A DNA stretch of 64,000 nt from Balanoglossus misakiensis (GCA_040954595.2 CM082587.2:3666275-3730274), one strand, 5' to 3'; positions 24,801 through 39,441 are shown, counted from the first letter of the stretch. Translations and numbers: made by a program. Notes: generated by a model from the sequence alone, not told the origin.

Positions 24801-27106
24801 GTGGTTCGTGATAAATCGGAGATATTTCCCTCGCCGCCGTTTAGCAATTAGATTGCCGTTGTTCTCACTCTCAATATCGGGACATGATGACTGAGACTGC
24901 AGGTCTATCTTTCCGCGTTGTGGGCATGAAAGAGCCTTGTGGCGATTGAAGTGAAAATTACCATTTTCCTTTCCGTTGACCCAAAGATACTTTTCCCCAA
25001 CAGTAAATCTCTTAAGTCTAGCATGGAGACATCTTTCTATCTTCCTTCAATTATAATGATATCCTAAATCCCCACAAAACACGTAAACATGTTATTGCTG
25101 ACTTTGTTATTTTGTGGCAATTTTTGGCGCACCATCAGAATAGGTGCATTCGGATAAGTCTTCAATCACACCGGATCAATATGCAAATATGTTCCTAAAT
25201 TTACATTGCAAAGCAGTGGCCATTTACAGTGAAATGACGAAGCGTATAAAGCGACTTGAATTTATTTCGCCAGGTTTCTGTCTACGTTAATGTCGGTAGC
25301 CAAGAACGCCAACGGCAGCCTGGCAGTTTTATTACTTGCACTTCCGAGACAGATTAAGCTAGAGCACAGGTAAATTACAACAATAAAAAAAGAATTTTAT
25401 TATCCCATTACGATAAATCCAAATCTCCCCGCGAAACGCTGATTGTAAGCAAGCATACGGCCTTGAGTGAGTCTTTCCCCGGGAGGCTCATTCGAAAGTT
25501 TGTTGCTCGATCTACATTTTTAAAGGACAAATTGATTCGTTTTTGTTGTGGAAACGCTCCTTACGACAGGAGTATGACGGAGTAATCCAGTCGATTTTGT
25601 TGACGTAGCAATTACGGGCCATCTACGATTTCGTGTTCGGTGAGGTCGATCATTTATGCTATTTATAGTGGTGTGTTTAGTTGATGTAAATGATGTGTGT
25701 ATGATGATGGCCCAATGGCGGCACTCTACTTGCAGACAAAATTCGCATTCTGACAGCTCATCAATCTTGTCGCAAGCTGGAAGATCAATTCAACGTCCAT
25801 GAAATTTTCAAATGGTGAAAAAATAAACCCATCGAATTGCACAAACTGCCTAATGAACGTCGTGGTTTCACTGAAGCGGTTAGCCATGTCAAGCATTGAC
25901 GTAAGCTGACAAATGGAAATTTGAATAGTAGCCGGCCCGAGCTGATCCGAATCCGCGACCGAAAATTGCCGACGCTTCTTACTATTTTACAATGTGTATA
26001 GTGTGTTCAAACTCGGCAACGTTTCTTGTTCCGGAAATTGACAAGATCAATGGGCCGTCGATCTCAGATTTTTCAATCCGAATGGCTTCGCAGCGAATCG
26101 CCGAAAACAAAATGAGAAATGCAAGTTTGAATTCGCTGGCGCATGAAACCGAGAACAGTATTTGCACAGCTTTTATTAACAAAGTTCGGCGCAGCGCATA
26201 GCAAATGAATGAAGGGCGATGGAGGGCAATGCAAAGCAGAGCGGCTCAATCAAACAACGCATGCTCTCATGACTTTCATAGCGGACTTCAAATCTAAGCG
26301 GAAAGATGAGCTTTCCCCCAACATCCAATTACAAACCAATATTTTCCTTGGTCTGGGAGACACTTAATTTCTATATATATTGCATTCTATGCCTGTATTC
26401 AGTGTAATGTTAGCGGCGGGGAAACATATATACTTGTATACTTTTCCAGTACCGGATCGGCGTCACTAGCAGCATTTTTCAACTTTAGTTATTTATAGGC
26501 AGCCACGTTTTAAGAAAAAGGGTAATTACTATAACGTCTTCATTACCGCTAGAGTGAAGCTGAATTATGTCGCAAAAAGCACGACAGGAAATCCATTTAG
26601 TAACGATGGACATCCGTGACTTCAACAATATCCGTCCAATTCTCTTTTTCGCTACGTGGAAAACGACAGTCTCTGAATCTCCCCAAACAGAGGCCGTCCA
26701 CGGGTCTGGGCATGATGATTTCTGTCAGACTGCGTGACCTCGCATTGACAAAACTATACATATCGTTGCTACAGATCATGCCACGTTCAATTGGCGAGAG
26801 TTACTGTAACTGTCTCACTTTGGCTAGAGGTGATTGATCTGTTAAGTGCTTGTTCCCGGATTTAAATTATACTGTCATGATCATATTTCACCCGATGCAA
26901 TTTCACATCACTTATGTATACGCTATATACACCCGGTCCTGCACTCACGCTGTAATAACCCTCCGTGGCTCGAATTACGCTCGATCCTGATGCATTCAGT
27001 ACATCAAACGGTTATAAATAGTTTATTCTTACTGTGGCATTTAATTTTGGATGACAATCGTGAAGGTCAGGGGTGCGGGGAAAACGGTTGAAAGATATCG
27101 CGCTTG

Positions 27107-27108
<2 letters not shown>

Positions 27109-27177
<69 letters not shown>
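27109..27177. repeat. (ATC)23 microsatellite
   Basis: Perfect trinucleotide run; source of the spurious poly-Ile ORF. Confidence 0.98.
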
Positions 27178-29960
27178 GCTGTTGTTGTTTTGGCTGAGTT
27201 TATTTTGACTTACAAGCATGACTATATAGTACTTGGGCATTCACAATCATATACCTTACTACATCGGTGGTCGATGGTACTCTTTGTCTGGTTTGCCTTC
27301 TCTTCAAATGAATGTTAACTCAACTGACATTTTTTACGATGAGAGTAGCCTAGAGGTAGACAGGTGGGCAGATGTGGCATTTGAGCTATCGATCCCAACG
27401 CTTGACTAACGAGCCCATGGTTCAAATCAAGGCTGCTCACCTCTGGTCTCGTTCGATTCAAAGAAGGCGTCTTGAAGTGACAATTGGTCGACATGAATTG
27501 ACCCTTGTGGACCCTGGATTGGATTTCAAGTGATTTCGGTGTGAATCTAGTAGCAAATTCGCGTTTCTTTAATTTATGAGCAGTGTCTCGCATACACAAA
27601 AGTCGAACTGAATGCGAACGTTGCTCAAAAGCGCAAGGGGCACTTCTGTCTACTGTTGCTGGCTTTTTCTACTAAAAGCGATCGATGACTTCGAAAGAAA
27701 CGGCGATGCCGACACATCCCGAATAGGGTCAAAGGTCAACCGACAACATGTATTAATCAATTCCTGTTGACATCTGTTCATTAAGATTTTAACAATTATT
27801 TGTTAATTATTAAAACACTTCTTCAGACAGGCGTTATATTTCCCCGACTGTGCTAATTCCATTACAAATGTATGAGAGGAAGTTGTCCGCTCAAAGCATC
27901 AAAGAATTCAACGACATTTAAATACCAAATATACAGCAAATAAGGCAACATGGAACGCATATTAAAAACGATATTAAACTTGATGACCAATAAAAACATT
28001 ATTTGAGCTTCGGGGTCCAAAAACATCAATCACAGTGGCCTTCGGCCTTTGAATTAACTTCAACATATTCTAATTAACACAAATAATTGACGCTGGAGAC
28101 GAGGTCGTCAGATAATCACACCGAGTCTAATGTTTCTTAACAGACGTTATGTTTTTTCTTCTCGGGCAGCGTCGCAGGACCACATTTGACACTGAAATAC
28201 ACTGTAGATGCAAATGAAGCAGATTGCTTCAAGTTGTTCAAATTAAGTATTCCTGGCAGACGCTTTAAGCTGTCACCATTAATATCACGCGCACGCGCCA
28301 CTGTCGGCTAGAAAACAGACCATGCATGCCTCAAGTTGGCTGGTGCTGGAAATGGGAGATTTTTACCCCAATGAATTCAGTCACGTGGTTTGTGCAGTTC
28401 CAGTATTAACATCCCTGTGCACAATGTTTCAAAACGAATTTGATTCGACCGGTTCAGGGGAATTTTGCGTGCCGACCAGGTCGATTAATTCGCCCATCTG
28501 TTCATCACTTACTGAAACACACAACTCCATATCACAGTCACATGGCCCCACAAACAGTCCAGGGAGGCGCGCGGCGACGAAATCAAGATAAGAGGGACGT
28601 GTGCACAAAATATATTGACTGAACGAATGAATTTAGAGCATTTAAATTTAAAATCAATTCTAAAGATTTCATCATTTGTGATTGTGGGTAATCAAGCTCA
28701 CAAGAGTACAGGCGCCTGGATTGTCATTTGAATATCACACTCGTTAAAAGGCGGGAATTAAGACATCAGTGTAAATTTACATAGTGCTTATTCAATTACA
28801 TGCGTATTGCTACGTAAATGCCAAAGCAATCCAGACGTCAAATTGCGATAGCCTCGTTTCTTCAGAAATGTGGCGATTGATCGCCACATCAAGAATCTGA
28901 CGGCGTTCTCGCGAGAATTCCCGCAAACCAGGGGCGTAAATTCCTGCCAGAGTCATCTGTTATCTACTTGCATCCGGGCACACACAAAATGAAAGAAAAT
29001 AAAATGGCTATTAAATATGTCTATAGAAAGTTTTATCTCGGAAAAAAGCAACGCCTAGACAGATGATTACAATCCCAACGGCGGTGTTGATATCCCCGGT
29101 AGGCGCTATTCGACAAGAGAAACAGAGATAACGTTTCGGCATGTCTGAGCGCGGCGCGGCGGAACAGCGATTTCGACGATTACAGCGCATTGTGACGCGT
29201 AGCGGAGACTGGCGGAGTAAAAAAAAGCCGGCGAGCACGTCACATCGGAGACAGGTGTGAATCGTAAAGACTAGCGTGGGCGCTTCTTCACATACTGGGG
29301 AGCTTTATTACATATTGCCTTGTTGAATAATTGAAAGCTTTCGCCATTGTGCACTTCAGTGTACATATTAATTTAAACGACCGCTGCTGTGAATGCAACG
29401 TGGGCAAACTTGAAAGCGGGGACCTCAGAACGCTAATATTCAATATGTAACCGGGCACGTACATCCAACGTGGCCTTCTTTTGAAGACCACGATGGAAGA
29501 TGAAGTCTTCAAACGCTTGTGGAGGGGTGAAGGACGCCATACACAACAGTGGAGTAAAATCGGAGAAGTGGAGAAATTATTTTCATGGTGAACAATCTCA
29601 CCATAATTGAAATGTCTGACAAGTGTGGATTTAACACACCAGAGAGAACAGTCTCATTTCAATGTACAATAGGGAAATATGCTTTCTGACAATCGATTGC
29701 TTTTTGAAAGATTGGTAAAGGTGTCCCTTCTGGTAAAGTTTGTGTCTATACGGGTCACATGATCAATAGATTCACGGTCGCCCGATTTAAAAATCGTTGG
29801 GAGTATCTAGGGGCGTTTTCCCTAAGCGTAATCGCATCTCACTGAAGTGAAAGTGAAATTATAGTACTGCAGCATGCTGATGCGGAAAATTTGCACTCAG
29901 AGAGGCAAATGGTCGTATCTCCTCCCCCCCCCCCCCCCGTGAACAACGTGAGGCACTTAC

Positions 29961-30343
29961 GTGTCGGAGTCATCATCGCTGGAGAACGGATCCTGCTCGA
30001 TGTCCGCTTCCGCGACGCCGGGCTCGCACTCCCGCTCGGCTGCCGCGGCGGCGGCCGCCATCCGCATGCGCCGCAGCTCGTCGGCGTTCTCCTCGGAGAT
30101 GCTGGCCATCGGCCACATGAAGCACACGGATTCCCTCACCATGGAACGCAGTCCCCGCGGCGAGCGGTTCGACAGCTGCGCCAAATTGCTGTCCACCGTC
30201 CGGGCCTTCTGGATAAATCCCGCCCAGTGCCTCCGGAGGGTGCGGGCACGACTTGTGCCCTTGGCGGCATCCTCGTTACCTGGCTGCCTGGGTTGCTGCG
30301 CAGTTGCAGAATCACTAGTACTCAACTGTCGCACTTTGTCCAT
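29961..30343 (-). CDS. First coding exon (127 codons plus 2 nt) of an unidentified spliced gene running leftwards
   Basis: aagATGG start at 30343; GC-rich, coding-like segment in AT-rich surroundings (MDKVRQLSTS...AAAAAAA...PFSSDDDSD); ends at a consensus AC|GTAAGT donor at 29960, so the TAA in the ORF track is intronic. Confidence 0.75.
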
Positions 30344-33300
30344 CTTTATAAAAAATGTTTTGGCAGTGTGACTGTTATGTAGTAAACTTCCAAAAACGTA
30401 ACCAACGCCTTCCGTCACAAGTTAGGTAACATGTCCTATGCGAGGAAGCAAGTGGCAAAAAGCGGATTGCTTGGAAATTGTAACCACCGGGCGAATCCTG
30501 CGTTGAGTTCACTTGGCATCTAGACGCTGGACATAATGGGAAGTTCAGATGAAGACTCCTTTACAGACGAAAAATTTCGCACACCTACAACAGTTATCGA
30601 TCGCTTAATTATCAGATGTGTGCGTGTTTGGCTAAAAAAACAAGTGATCCTTAGAAAAGCAAATGCTACTGTTTTGAAATTGACAACCCCAAGGGCACTG
30701 TAGCCGTAAAGATAATTCCATGAAATTGACAACGCTTGAGTAATTTCCAAACAGGGTTGCGTCGGAGAACAAACACGTTATTACTTCCGCTAATACGACA
30801 TACGCAATCGGCTAACTACATTGCGCGTCGCCGTGTGTTTGTGATGGCAGGTCGCGTACTATTAAGTGCACCATGGAAACAAGGGTACTGCACCAGTCTT
30901 GATGCGGTTGTCTGCGCACTGCTGTCAAAATACACATCCACACGCTCGCTGTCTTTGCGAGCAAAGCCGAGGATCGATCACGACTGCTCCTCCGTGTACG
31001 TGGCCCCTTCGACGTGGAATAAGGAAACTGGTCCAGCGGGAGAGATTCCTTGGAAACCACGGTGTGATGCAGTATTGCATGCACCGTTACCAGAATTACA
31101 CGCTCTCTGCGAAAGCCACACCGCTTAAGGCCCCCGCGCCGCCGTCCAAACCGCGAACAAGCGATGGCAATTTGTATACGCTGTGATAATATTCCTAAGT
31201 GGAATTTTCTACCCAGGAGGTGTCTGTCTCAGCTGTGAGACGAATTTCCATCATGGCATAAAACGCGTTCCCCGGTGGATGCTGCAACAACAAACCTGCT
31301 TATGACACTCCACTTTCAGAAGGCCCTTTAACTTGCTATTTTTCGTCCGTCGTGACAAAAATCTCAAATCCGTGATATTGTCTGCACGAGTATGTCAGAC
31401 ATTTGTCCCTTAACACTCAAAAATTCATTCACGTTTCCTTATACACGTATATTCATTAATGTGCAAAAATATGTCTGTATAATGAAACCAGCGTTGTCCG
31501 GAATTGATTTTATTTGTCAACGGTAGACACTATTACCGATACAAATTTTGCCATTTACCATGGAAAGTGAAAATTTTAAATAGTCAATCATAGATTTTTT
31601 CTGGTTGGCCACTGAAAAAAGCCTGCCACCACGTGGTTATTCGAAGTCTTGGCCATGTTTGATGTGTGCTGTGTCGTACACACGTTGATGTCAAAGGGAC
31701 ATATACCTCCTAATGCTTGGCAGAGACATTTACCTTTCAGGCCGCAAGGCAATATTGTAATAAAATTCGACTTGTGCGAATTGCAGTCGTATCATAGTCA
31801 CGACCTTGTTATTAGGCAAAGGACTTTAAAAAGCAATCATAACAACACAATTAGATATAACCTCCTATTGCACACAAATTTAAGTCGCGACCTCCGTTTA
31901 TATTTGGCATCGACAGCAGCTTTATCGCCACAATTTCAGTCGCTAAACTCAGCAGTGAAACTACACATGAGAAATCAAACACACCTGCAAGCTTTGGAAT
32001 TTCGAACACGAATCGGAATCTAATGCCATTTCGGCACACCCTAACCTATTAAATTAACGTCGCAGACATTAAGAACACTTTGCTAAAGCACCAAAGCCTG
32101 AACGAGTTTTGTTGCCGTCAATTAATAAATGGAAATCTATTGCGTATTAAACCTTGCAATGTTATAATAGAGGCCACACTTCACAGGTATTGAATCCCGT
32201 GCTAGCATTGTGCCGCGCAGCGCTGGGCATCATGGCACTCTCGTGGATTCTTTGTTCGGGGCGGACCCAGTCCTTTTTCGTTCCTTCGTTCATTTTCGTT
32301 CCGTGAGACTACTCCTGATTGGTCGCACACCTCGGGATGAACTGTAAACACTATCACATTGACAGCAATCAACCTGAATGTGGACATACGGCCGCCTCTG
32401 CTGGTGCCATATTTCGTCAGTGTAATCAAAGGGAAATTTTCAATTTTGAAATTTCAACAGCCAGTAAGCCTACACTACTGGGCCCTTCTTCCATTAAGTC
32501 AACGCACGCAATGGGATTGAACATCCAGACGCCTTTTCTTTCCAGACAGAACAGCTGTGAAAAAAGCAGGAAATTTCTGACAATAGCACGACCGGGCAGT
32601 CTTTGGGGCGTATTTTTAGATCCAGGAAATGATATTATTTGTCGACAAAGAGCCTACTTTCCGCTCGCGCTCGTGGAATCCGAGAGAAATGAATCCGCGC
32701 CAAATTGACCGCAAAATGTGAAAACGAGCGTTGAAGGTTGTCAGACTTGACTTCGAAGATGCCTTCACAGACCCTGAACAGCGTAAAGTCTCCGTCCTCG
32801 CTCAGATGTGCACACTTTTAAAGCAAAAACGCCTAAAAGTCAACATTGCACACGACAGTCTGTCGGTTCTAATTCGACTCCGATGAAAATGTGAAACGAA
32901 CGATAAAAGCGAAATGGAAAGGCGTGCGCACGCCCGGCTGAGCACATCTCCGAGGCTCTCACTTCTGCACCACGTGATCTGGGGAACGCCAATTGTCATA
33001 ATATTGGTAATTCATGTGGCATAAAGCTATATTTGGTTTGTCATTTCACGTTCCACTCTAGGCATTTGTCGGAATTACCCACTAAATCATCCATGCTTCA
33101 ACAACTCCAATCTGTAAAACTGTACATATCGGATACACAGGCCATTGTACCAAAACTTATCCAATATTTCATACTTGTGGCGGCTAGTAACGCACGTTAA
33201 AACACTAGATGTCGAGAGTTCCCAATTATTCTTGTCCATTTTACTATGGGGACACATTATATATTAGATTTTTTTCCACTTTTACTTTTATTAAATAATT

Positions 33301-35238
33301 CTCGTCTCCTGCATGCTTAACCACTTCAAAGTCTAATGGCATGTAATGATAGTGTACGTCATCCAATGTCCCAACTGCAAAACGATCCCGGGTAGAAGTA
33401 CGTGTACCATTCTAAAACGAGGAAGAAAGCGCTGTCGATGTCCATTACATATTGCTTATTTATGACCAAGTCCCTCACCGATTGGACTTATTCAAGGTTA
33501 TCGATACCTTGGGAGTTACTTTACGATTTCATTTAGACCGGTTAACATAAAACTCTCGACATGGACACTGTGAAACAGAAAATGCAATTTCTTCCGTGAT
33601 TAATTATTAAACTCGATGTAAAAAGACTCACAAAAGATTCGCAGGACGCTCGTTATCGTGAACGCTTACATGTCAATCAACGATCTCTAGAGTCTGATTC
33701 TTGAACAGGTTCGATAACAAAATAAGGCGTCCAATCATTTCTCTTCTTCTGTCCTTGGTGCCAGTGAAGCGGTAATGGCCAATCATGGCACGCAAAACGG
33801 AAATCTTTTGTATGTGTCCAGCGGCAGTATTTTACATCTCAGTATCATTGGGCGTTGCGACAAAGCACTTCGTGTTCACGTGATACAACAGCCGGTCATT
33901 TATTTTAATTAATTTCCTCGCCGCCGCACGTTGTTCTACTGCCTTCCGATTTCCCTGTCCTCGGCGAGTCGTATCATCGCTCTGAAATGATACTGTGGAA
34001 GGATTCGAATCAGGTTGCCAGGCAACGTCTGCTCATGTGAATTATGACAATCCCTGAAAAGGTAAAATTGTGTTCAGTTGATTTTCATTGAATGAGAAAG
34101 AATACGGGACCCGGGTAATCGAATGGGCGCAGCCATTTCACGCAGTTTTCCCCGTGACGTCACAGATACGCAAAGGCGAACAGCTTTTATTTTCCGAACG
34201 TCTCAGCTTTTATGAATGTGCACGTTTGCGCACTACCGACCCTAAATCACCCACCGAAATGTCAGATTTGATACAAGAGTTATCTATTCAGGGCTGCTAA
34301 TATGGATTAGGTTACTTAATATATCATGTTTAAAGGGTGATACCGAGACTTTCTCAATTTATGAAATTTGAGTGCGTTATCTCACAAGCTGTACCGAATG
34401 ACTTCTACCGAATTCTATCAAATTCTCACTAAATACATGTACATCAATTTGAAAAGTTCGCTAGTTGCCCGCAATATGGCGGGGCATCTGAAAATGAATG
34501 CGAACCCTAATTGCCGGTGTTTGAACCCACTATTACAGACCATTATGGGAGGTAATTACAATTTAATGCACAGTAAAAGAAAAATATCCCGCCATGCAAA
34601 GCAAATCCCCCACGCATGCCACCTATATGTAGAACGGCTTTTATCATTAATATTTCAACATCTGAAAGTCGCTCGTAATTCAATATTTGATGAATACTTC
34701 CAATATTTTGCTTCTGGGTTTAGCTTCTCGTATTACACGTTTCTCGCATTCGGAGTGGCTGCGCTCATAGATCTTCCATTCTGTCGATTGAGTTGAGGTA
34801 CTGTGCACTGCATAATTTGGCGACGACCTAATTTTCAAGCCTGAAGTATGCCGTCAAAGTCGTACTTTTTGCTCGGCATTGCACATCGCCTCAAAGCTAC
34901 CTGAGCAGAAGGACTGTCTAGCCTTAGTTCTGTTCACGGTCTCTGACTGTGCTCTGATAAAGATTTTAGGAAGAGCAACTTAGATACATAGAGATCAAGA
35001 TTAATCCTTGTGTATTTGAGGGGCTTGTACGTGTTCGGGTGTCTATCTCACGCAGAATCTTATAAAAGGACTGGCGTTTACGATCGATATGTGTATCACG
35101 ACTTTGCGACCGAGTAGTCAGATCATGCGCACATGGTCATGCCCGGTAGGAACGCAGAAGTCTTTCGCTCGGAACGATCTATATTGTAACAGTCGTTCTG
35201 TGGAGCCAAAGCAATTTAGCGACTATCCCCAATACACG

Positions 35239-35457
35239 ATGGCGATTACCAGATTGCTACAGGGACGCTTAATCCTACTGTGGATGTCACTCGCGGTACT
35301 CGTCCATTTACGTGGTGTGATTACATATCACGATTTCGATTGCTACTGGTCATTGCCCGCATCTCTGAACCACCGAGAAAACGATGTCTCAGTATCTTCG
35401 GGATATGATTACCATTTTCTGAAGGTTACTCGGCTTTGTCGCGTGCAATTTTACTAA
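35239..35457 (+). CDS. Possible small secreted peptide (72 aa if unspliced)
   Basis: TATAAAAG at 35061; acgATGG start; hydrophobic N-terminal stretch RLILLWMSLAVLVHL; TACTAAC branch point and pyrimidine tract ending CAG at 35473 suggest splicing. Structure unresolved. Confidence 0.25.
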   Translation: MAITRLLQGRLILLWMSLAVLVHLRGVITYHDFDCYWSLPASLNHRENDVSVSSGYDYHFLKVTRLCRVQFY

Positions 35458-35836
35458 CTCCCTCCTTCCGCAGCAAAGACCGGTGATTACGATAGTATCT
35501 GCAACCCCTTAGAGACCAGGGGTAGGCAGAAATAGATTTGTCAACACGCTCTTTATCGGGCCTCGTCTTCTAAAGCGCCCCCAGCCACTCCTTAAATGGA
35601 AGACTTTTGTTTTTATCAACTAGCATTCCCGTTAAAGCCTTGAGTATACATGTAGTAAGTTTACTTTGAAAAGAATCTTTGGGCATCGTAATGTGAGTAA
35701 ATTAAACAGAACATAATTATTGTCGAGAATTCCTTTAATTTTACTCTGCGTACAGTTTATATATTCATTTACAAAATTTAAGACAAGAATTTTACACACG
35801 ATGTTTCTATTTCTCTGAATGCATCTTGGAAAAATT

Positions 35837-38800
35837 TCATGAAAACAGAATCCCTTTGACGTAATTGCGCACATTGACATGAAGTTCTTGCTTGGTGGCC
35901 TCGAATACATCCAGCGCTAATTTTTGGGCCTCTTCGGACCCAGCTTTCATGGCTTGATACACTGTGAGGGTAAATTTCTGTTTCCCTGCGATGTGAAAAA
36001 AGAGTTAATGTGAGTTAACTAATAATTTCAATTGTGTTCAGGGGTCAGGGTTCAAAAGGTCAATCCTGAATGCGTCACCAGTGCAAATGACTGGATGAAC
36101 CGGAGTTTGAGGTTGAAATAGTACTTCTTGGCATTTTCATAGCAAGCGACACCCTTCTTACCTTGACTTTTCAAAAACTCCCTGACTTTCGGAAAGTGAG
36201 CTTGATGGTCATTTTTCAACACTATTAATGACCATCGCATCATGATCTGTAAAAGTAGAACACACATGATGTAAAAGATATATATGTGATAAATGTAAAG
36301 TCAGGTGTGGGTTGAGCAGACACTACTACAAGCCACCCCAAAAGAACAAAGCAATTGTTTTTAGACTTGAGATTTTTCATTCTTACCTCCTTGTTGTTGG
36401 AATCATTCACCACATGAGGATACGCCTCGATGACTTTCTCTAATATGCCTTCTGGGAGTTTTGATTTAGCCAACAGCACATCGAGGAAGTGCAACACCTG
36501 GTATGTTGGCCAATCAGAGATGTCCCTGGAAATACTCTCAGCTCCCTTGTGAAGAATGAAACAGATAAAACAACGGTTGAGAAGTGTCTTCTCTGGATGC
36601 AATTTCTAAGACAGGAAATAGCAGACGGACACATTTAAAGAAAACTCACCTCAACATCCTCCCCTGCCCACACTGCAGCCAGTTTCTCTGCCGGTTGGGA
36701 CAGCGAATCTCCTGGAGACAGATCAGGAACATATGGAGGCCATCCGGGTGTGTTCAGCCACTGCTCATGGAACTCAAATCCTTTCCTATGTAATGAATTT
36801 ATCTCAAAATTAACAGTAATGAAAATCAAATTTGCATTTTCAGTAAACCTTTTAAATAAACCACACTATTTTTTTTATAGACTTGACATAATTACCTATT
36901 TGCAAGATCTTTTGCTTTCAGCTCTGGAAAATAGTCAAATAGGAAATCAAACAGATCTTCAGATACAATGCTCTACGGAGAAAAAAAAATTGAAAACGAG
37001 AAGGTTGATATTTTTTGTTTTTCTTAATTCCTGAAGTCATTCCTTCATAAATCAAATAAACTGACATGATGAAAAAGTTGCAAAACTTTCAGACTCGAAC
37101 CTTGAATTTAAATTTTTCGACATATGCTCTGAGGAAACGATCAAATTCTTCATAGCCGCCAGCCTCGTTCTTGAGGTAACTACAGAAACAGTAGCCCTTC
37201 TCGTAGGGTGTCTCGTTGTACGTGTCGTCTGGATCAACTCCTGGGTCTATGGCCACTCGCAGCTTATTCAGAGGATGGCTCTGTGACGGTGAAAAAGCAT
37301 GGGAATGTTAAGAAGATTCTGTTTAAAATCCTGGCGACTGTGGAAGGAATCAAGTTTGCCCTCATCATACGACAAGTATTACAACATTTCAACTGAACGA
37401 CTATAATTCAAGACTTATACCTCCCCACTCGCGTCCAGATGTCTCCTGAAGGCAGCCCGCCTTGTCTTGGCTTCCAGGCAGGTGTTGGCCTCGCCGCGCA
37501 CTTCCATGCAGATGCGCCGCTGCGCGTACATGGTGAATCCCTCGTTCAGCCAGAAATCACTCCACGTGGCATTGGTGACCAGATTGCCGAACCAGCTGTG
37601 AGCCTGATTGATGGCAGGGAAAGTTCAAATCATTCTTACAGATTTCCACTGTGGCGCAAATTTATCACAGATTTTCGAGGTGCACACTACCTTATTAGTC
37701 TATCTTATTCATGCACAGCTCACTCACCAGTTCATGCATAACAACCACTGTCAGGGACTTATCTCCCACTATCAGAGTCGGATGGACAAAGGTCAAGCAG
37801 GGATTTTCCATTCCACCGTAGGGGAAGCAGGGTGGCAGGACGAGCAAGTCGTAGCGCCCCCACACATACGGACCGAAGAGTTTTTCGGCTGTGCAGATGT
37901 ACTCTTCCACTACTCCCTCAAACTCGGCCTGGGCTGCATCCTGTATCACATTACAATAAAAATAGAATCCCAGTTATTTTGATGTTCTTGTTTTCCAGGA
38001 AAATGCCAGTCACAGATATTCTAGACTCTTAAATCAAGACTTTTAAAACCACCGAAACAGAAACCATGACTCAGAGAGGTCGCATACCAACTGCGAGGGT
38101 TCTGTCCACACGCGACTTCGGGGTCCAATCTCAGCGGAGACAAGATCACCCACTGCCAGGGCAACCAAGTACGCTGGGATGGGTATCGTCATGTTAAATT
38201 TGTAGACATTGGGTTGGTCGCCTTTCTCCCATTTGTCGGCGCTCATCACGGCTGTAAACCCATCAGGCACCTGTGAATTGGAGTGATCCAGTTGACGTAA
38301 ATTATATACAACATTTTAAACTTATGTGTAGATGTGAAAAACAAAGTTGTTATAGTATGGCCTCATTTCTCACCTGTACAGTAGCAGAGTAGGTAGATTT
38401 CACAGCAGGTGTGTCGATACTTGGAAAAAATGAACGATTCAGCACTGCCTGGCCTTGTGTGTACATGAAGGGCAACTTCTTACCTGAAAGAATTTCAGAT
38501 TCAAACAACTTACAAGCATCATTCTTCCAGCTCCAGTTTTAAGCATTACTATTTATTGTTAAGAAATCTGACTGTGACATGATGGTAAGTATGTACATTG
38601 TACATGGATTTACTTACCAGCAGTTTGGGCCGGTTCCAGCCAATCGATACCAGGTGCATCATGGGTAACTGTGTACTGGATCTGCAGCTGGAAACTGTCC
38701 CCTGCCTGGCATTTCAGTGGAATGTGCAAAATGGATCCATACTTGGCAAACGGCTTGATTTCAAACTCTAACTGCTTGCCACTCGGCCTTTGGGTGATGG

Positions 38801-39441
38801 TGTGGATTTTCAAAGTGTGAGTGTCCAAGTTAACTGCAGAGCATTGAAAAGTACAAAGAAATGAGCAAAGATACTCATCATCTGACATGCATTTTTTAAT
38901 TAACTCATGTTGCATTGATCAATAAAGTCGAGTGGCTCTCAGTGATATTGCAATCTCTTAAGACCAATAACATGGTCTTTAATTCTATCCACATGTCACA
39001 TTATGTAATCGACGATAGACTTGAGACAATGACTATGCACACTTATATAAGGAAGTATAGTTTTTTTTGTTTCACATCTGTAAATCGATCAGCAAGAACG
39101 TCTTGCTAAGAAAAATGGATTGATATTCATATTTGTTGTCAGAGATCGTGTTACAAACGCACGATCCGACACTATTTTGAAATTGGCCATGGTGTGGAGT
39201 GACGGAGGAATGATCATACGCACAGTTGAGGGACTGTGCCATACGGAAGCAATTCGCACTTACCTTCATCGCAGTCTTTTAAAATTGTGACATCGAGTGT
39301 TGCTGTGGCGTGTATTGACTTGGAATCGAATTTGACGTCGAGATCAAGGTGGAAATGTTTGACGGTGAAGTCCTTGTAGTTGGATGCGGTAGCCACATCC
39401 ACTACGCCGTCTGAATGCAACGTCTCGCCAGTAGAAGACAT
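35837..39441 (-). CDS. RNPEP: Aminopeptidase B (arginyl aminopeptidase, M1 family, LTA4H-like clade), 12 exons, 622 aa
   Basis: Exons 39441-39264, 38833-38618, 38483-38374, 38270-38088, 37940-37728, 37603-37421, 37280-37101, 36972-36896, 36785-36650, 36545-36387, 36246-36162, 35985-35837; all GT-AG and phase-compatible. Motifs: [24 protein letters not shown]-x18-E (split by intron 5), [42 protein letters not shown]. Confidence 0.95.

Noticed and set aside
27073-27318. Poly-Ile membrane-protein-like ORF
   Set aside because: Product of the (ATC)n microsatellite.
14273-28540. Other ATG-to-donor segments on the minus strand (near 14273, 25565, 27441, 28513) and the TTG-start ORF 25982-26182
   Set aside because: Phase 0 or 1, or no in-frame ATG. 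They do not fit the phase-2 set and show the chance background for such segments.
29891-30382. Two overlapping plus-strand ORFs (163 and 136 aa)
   Set aside because: Antisense shadows of the GC-rich minus-strand exon, which has the ATG context and donor.
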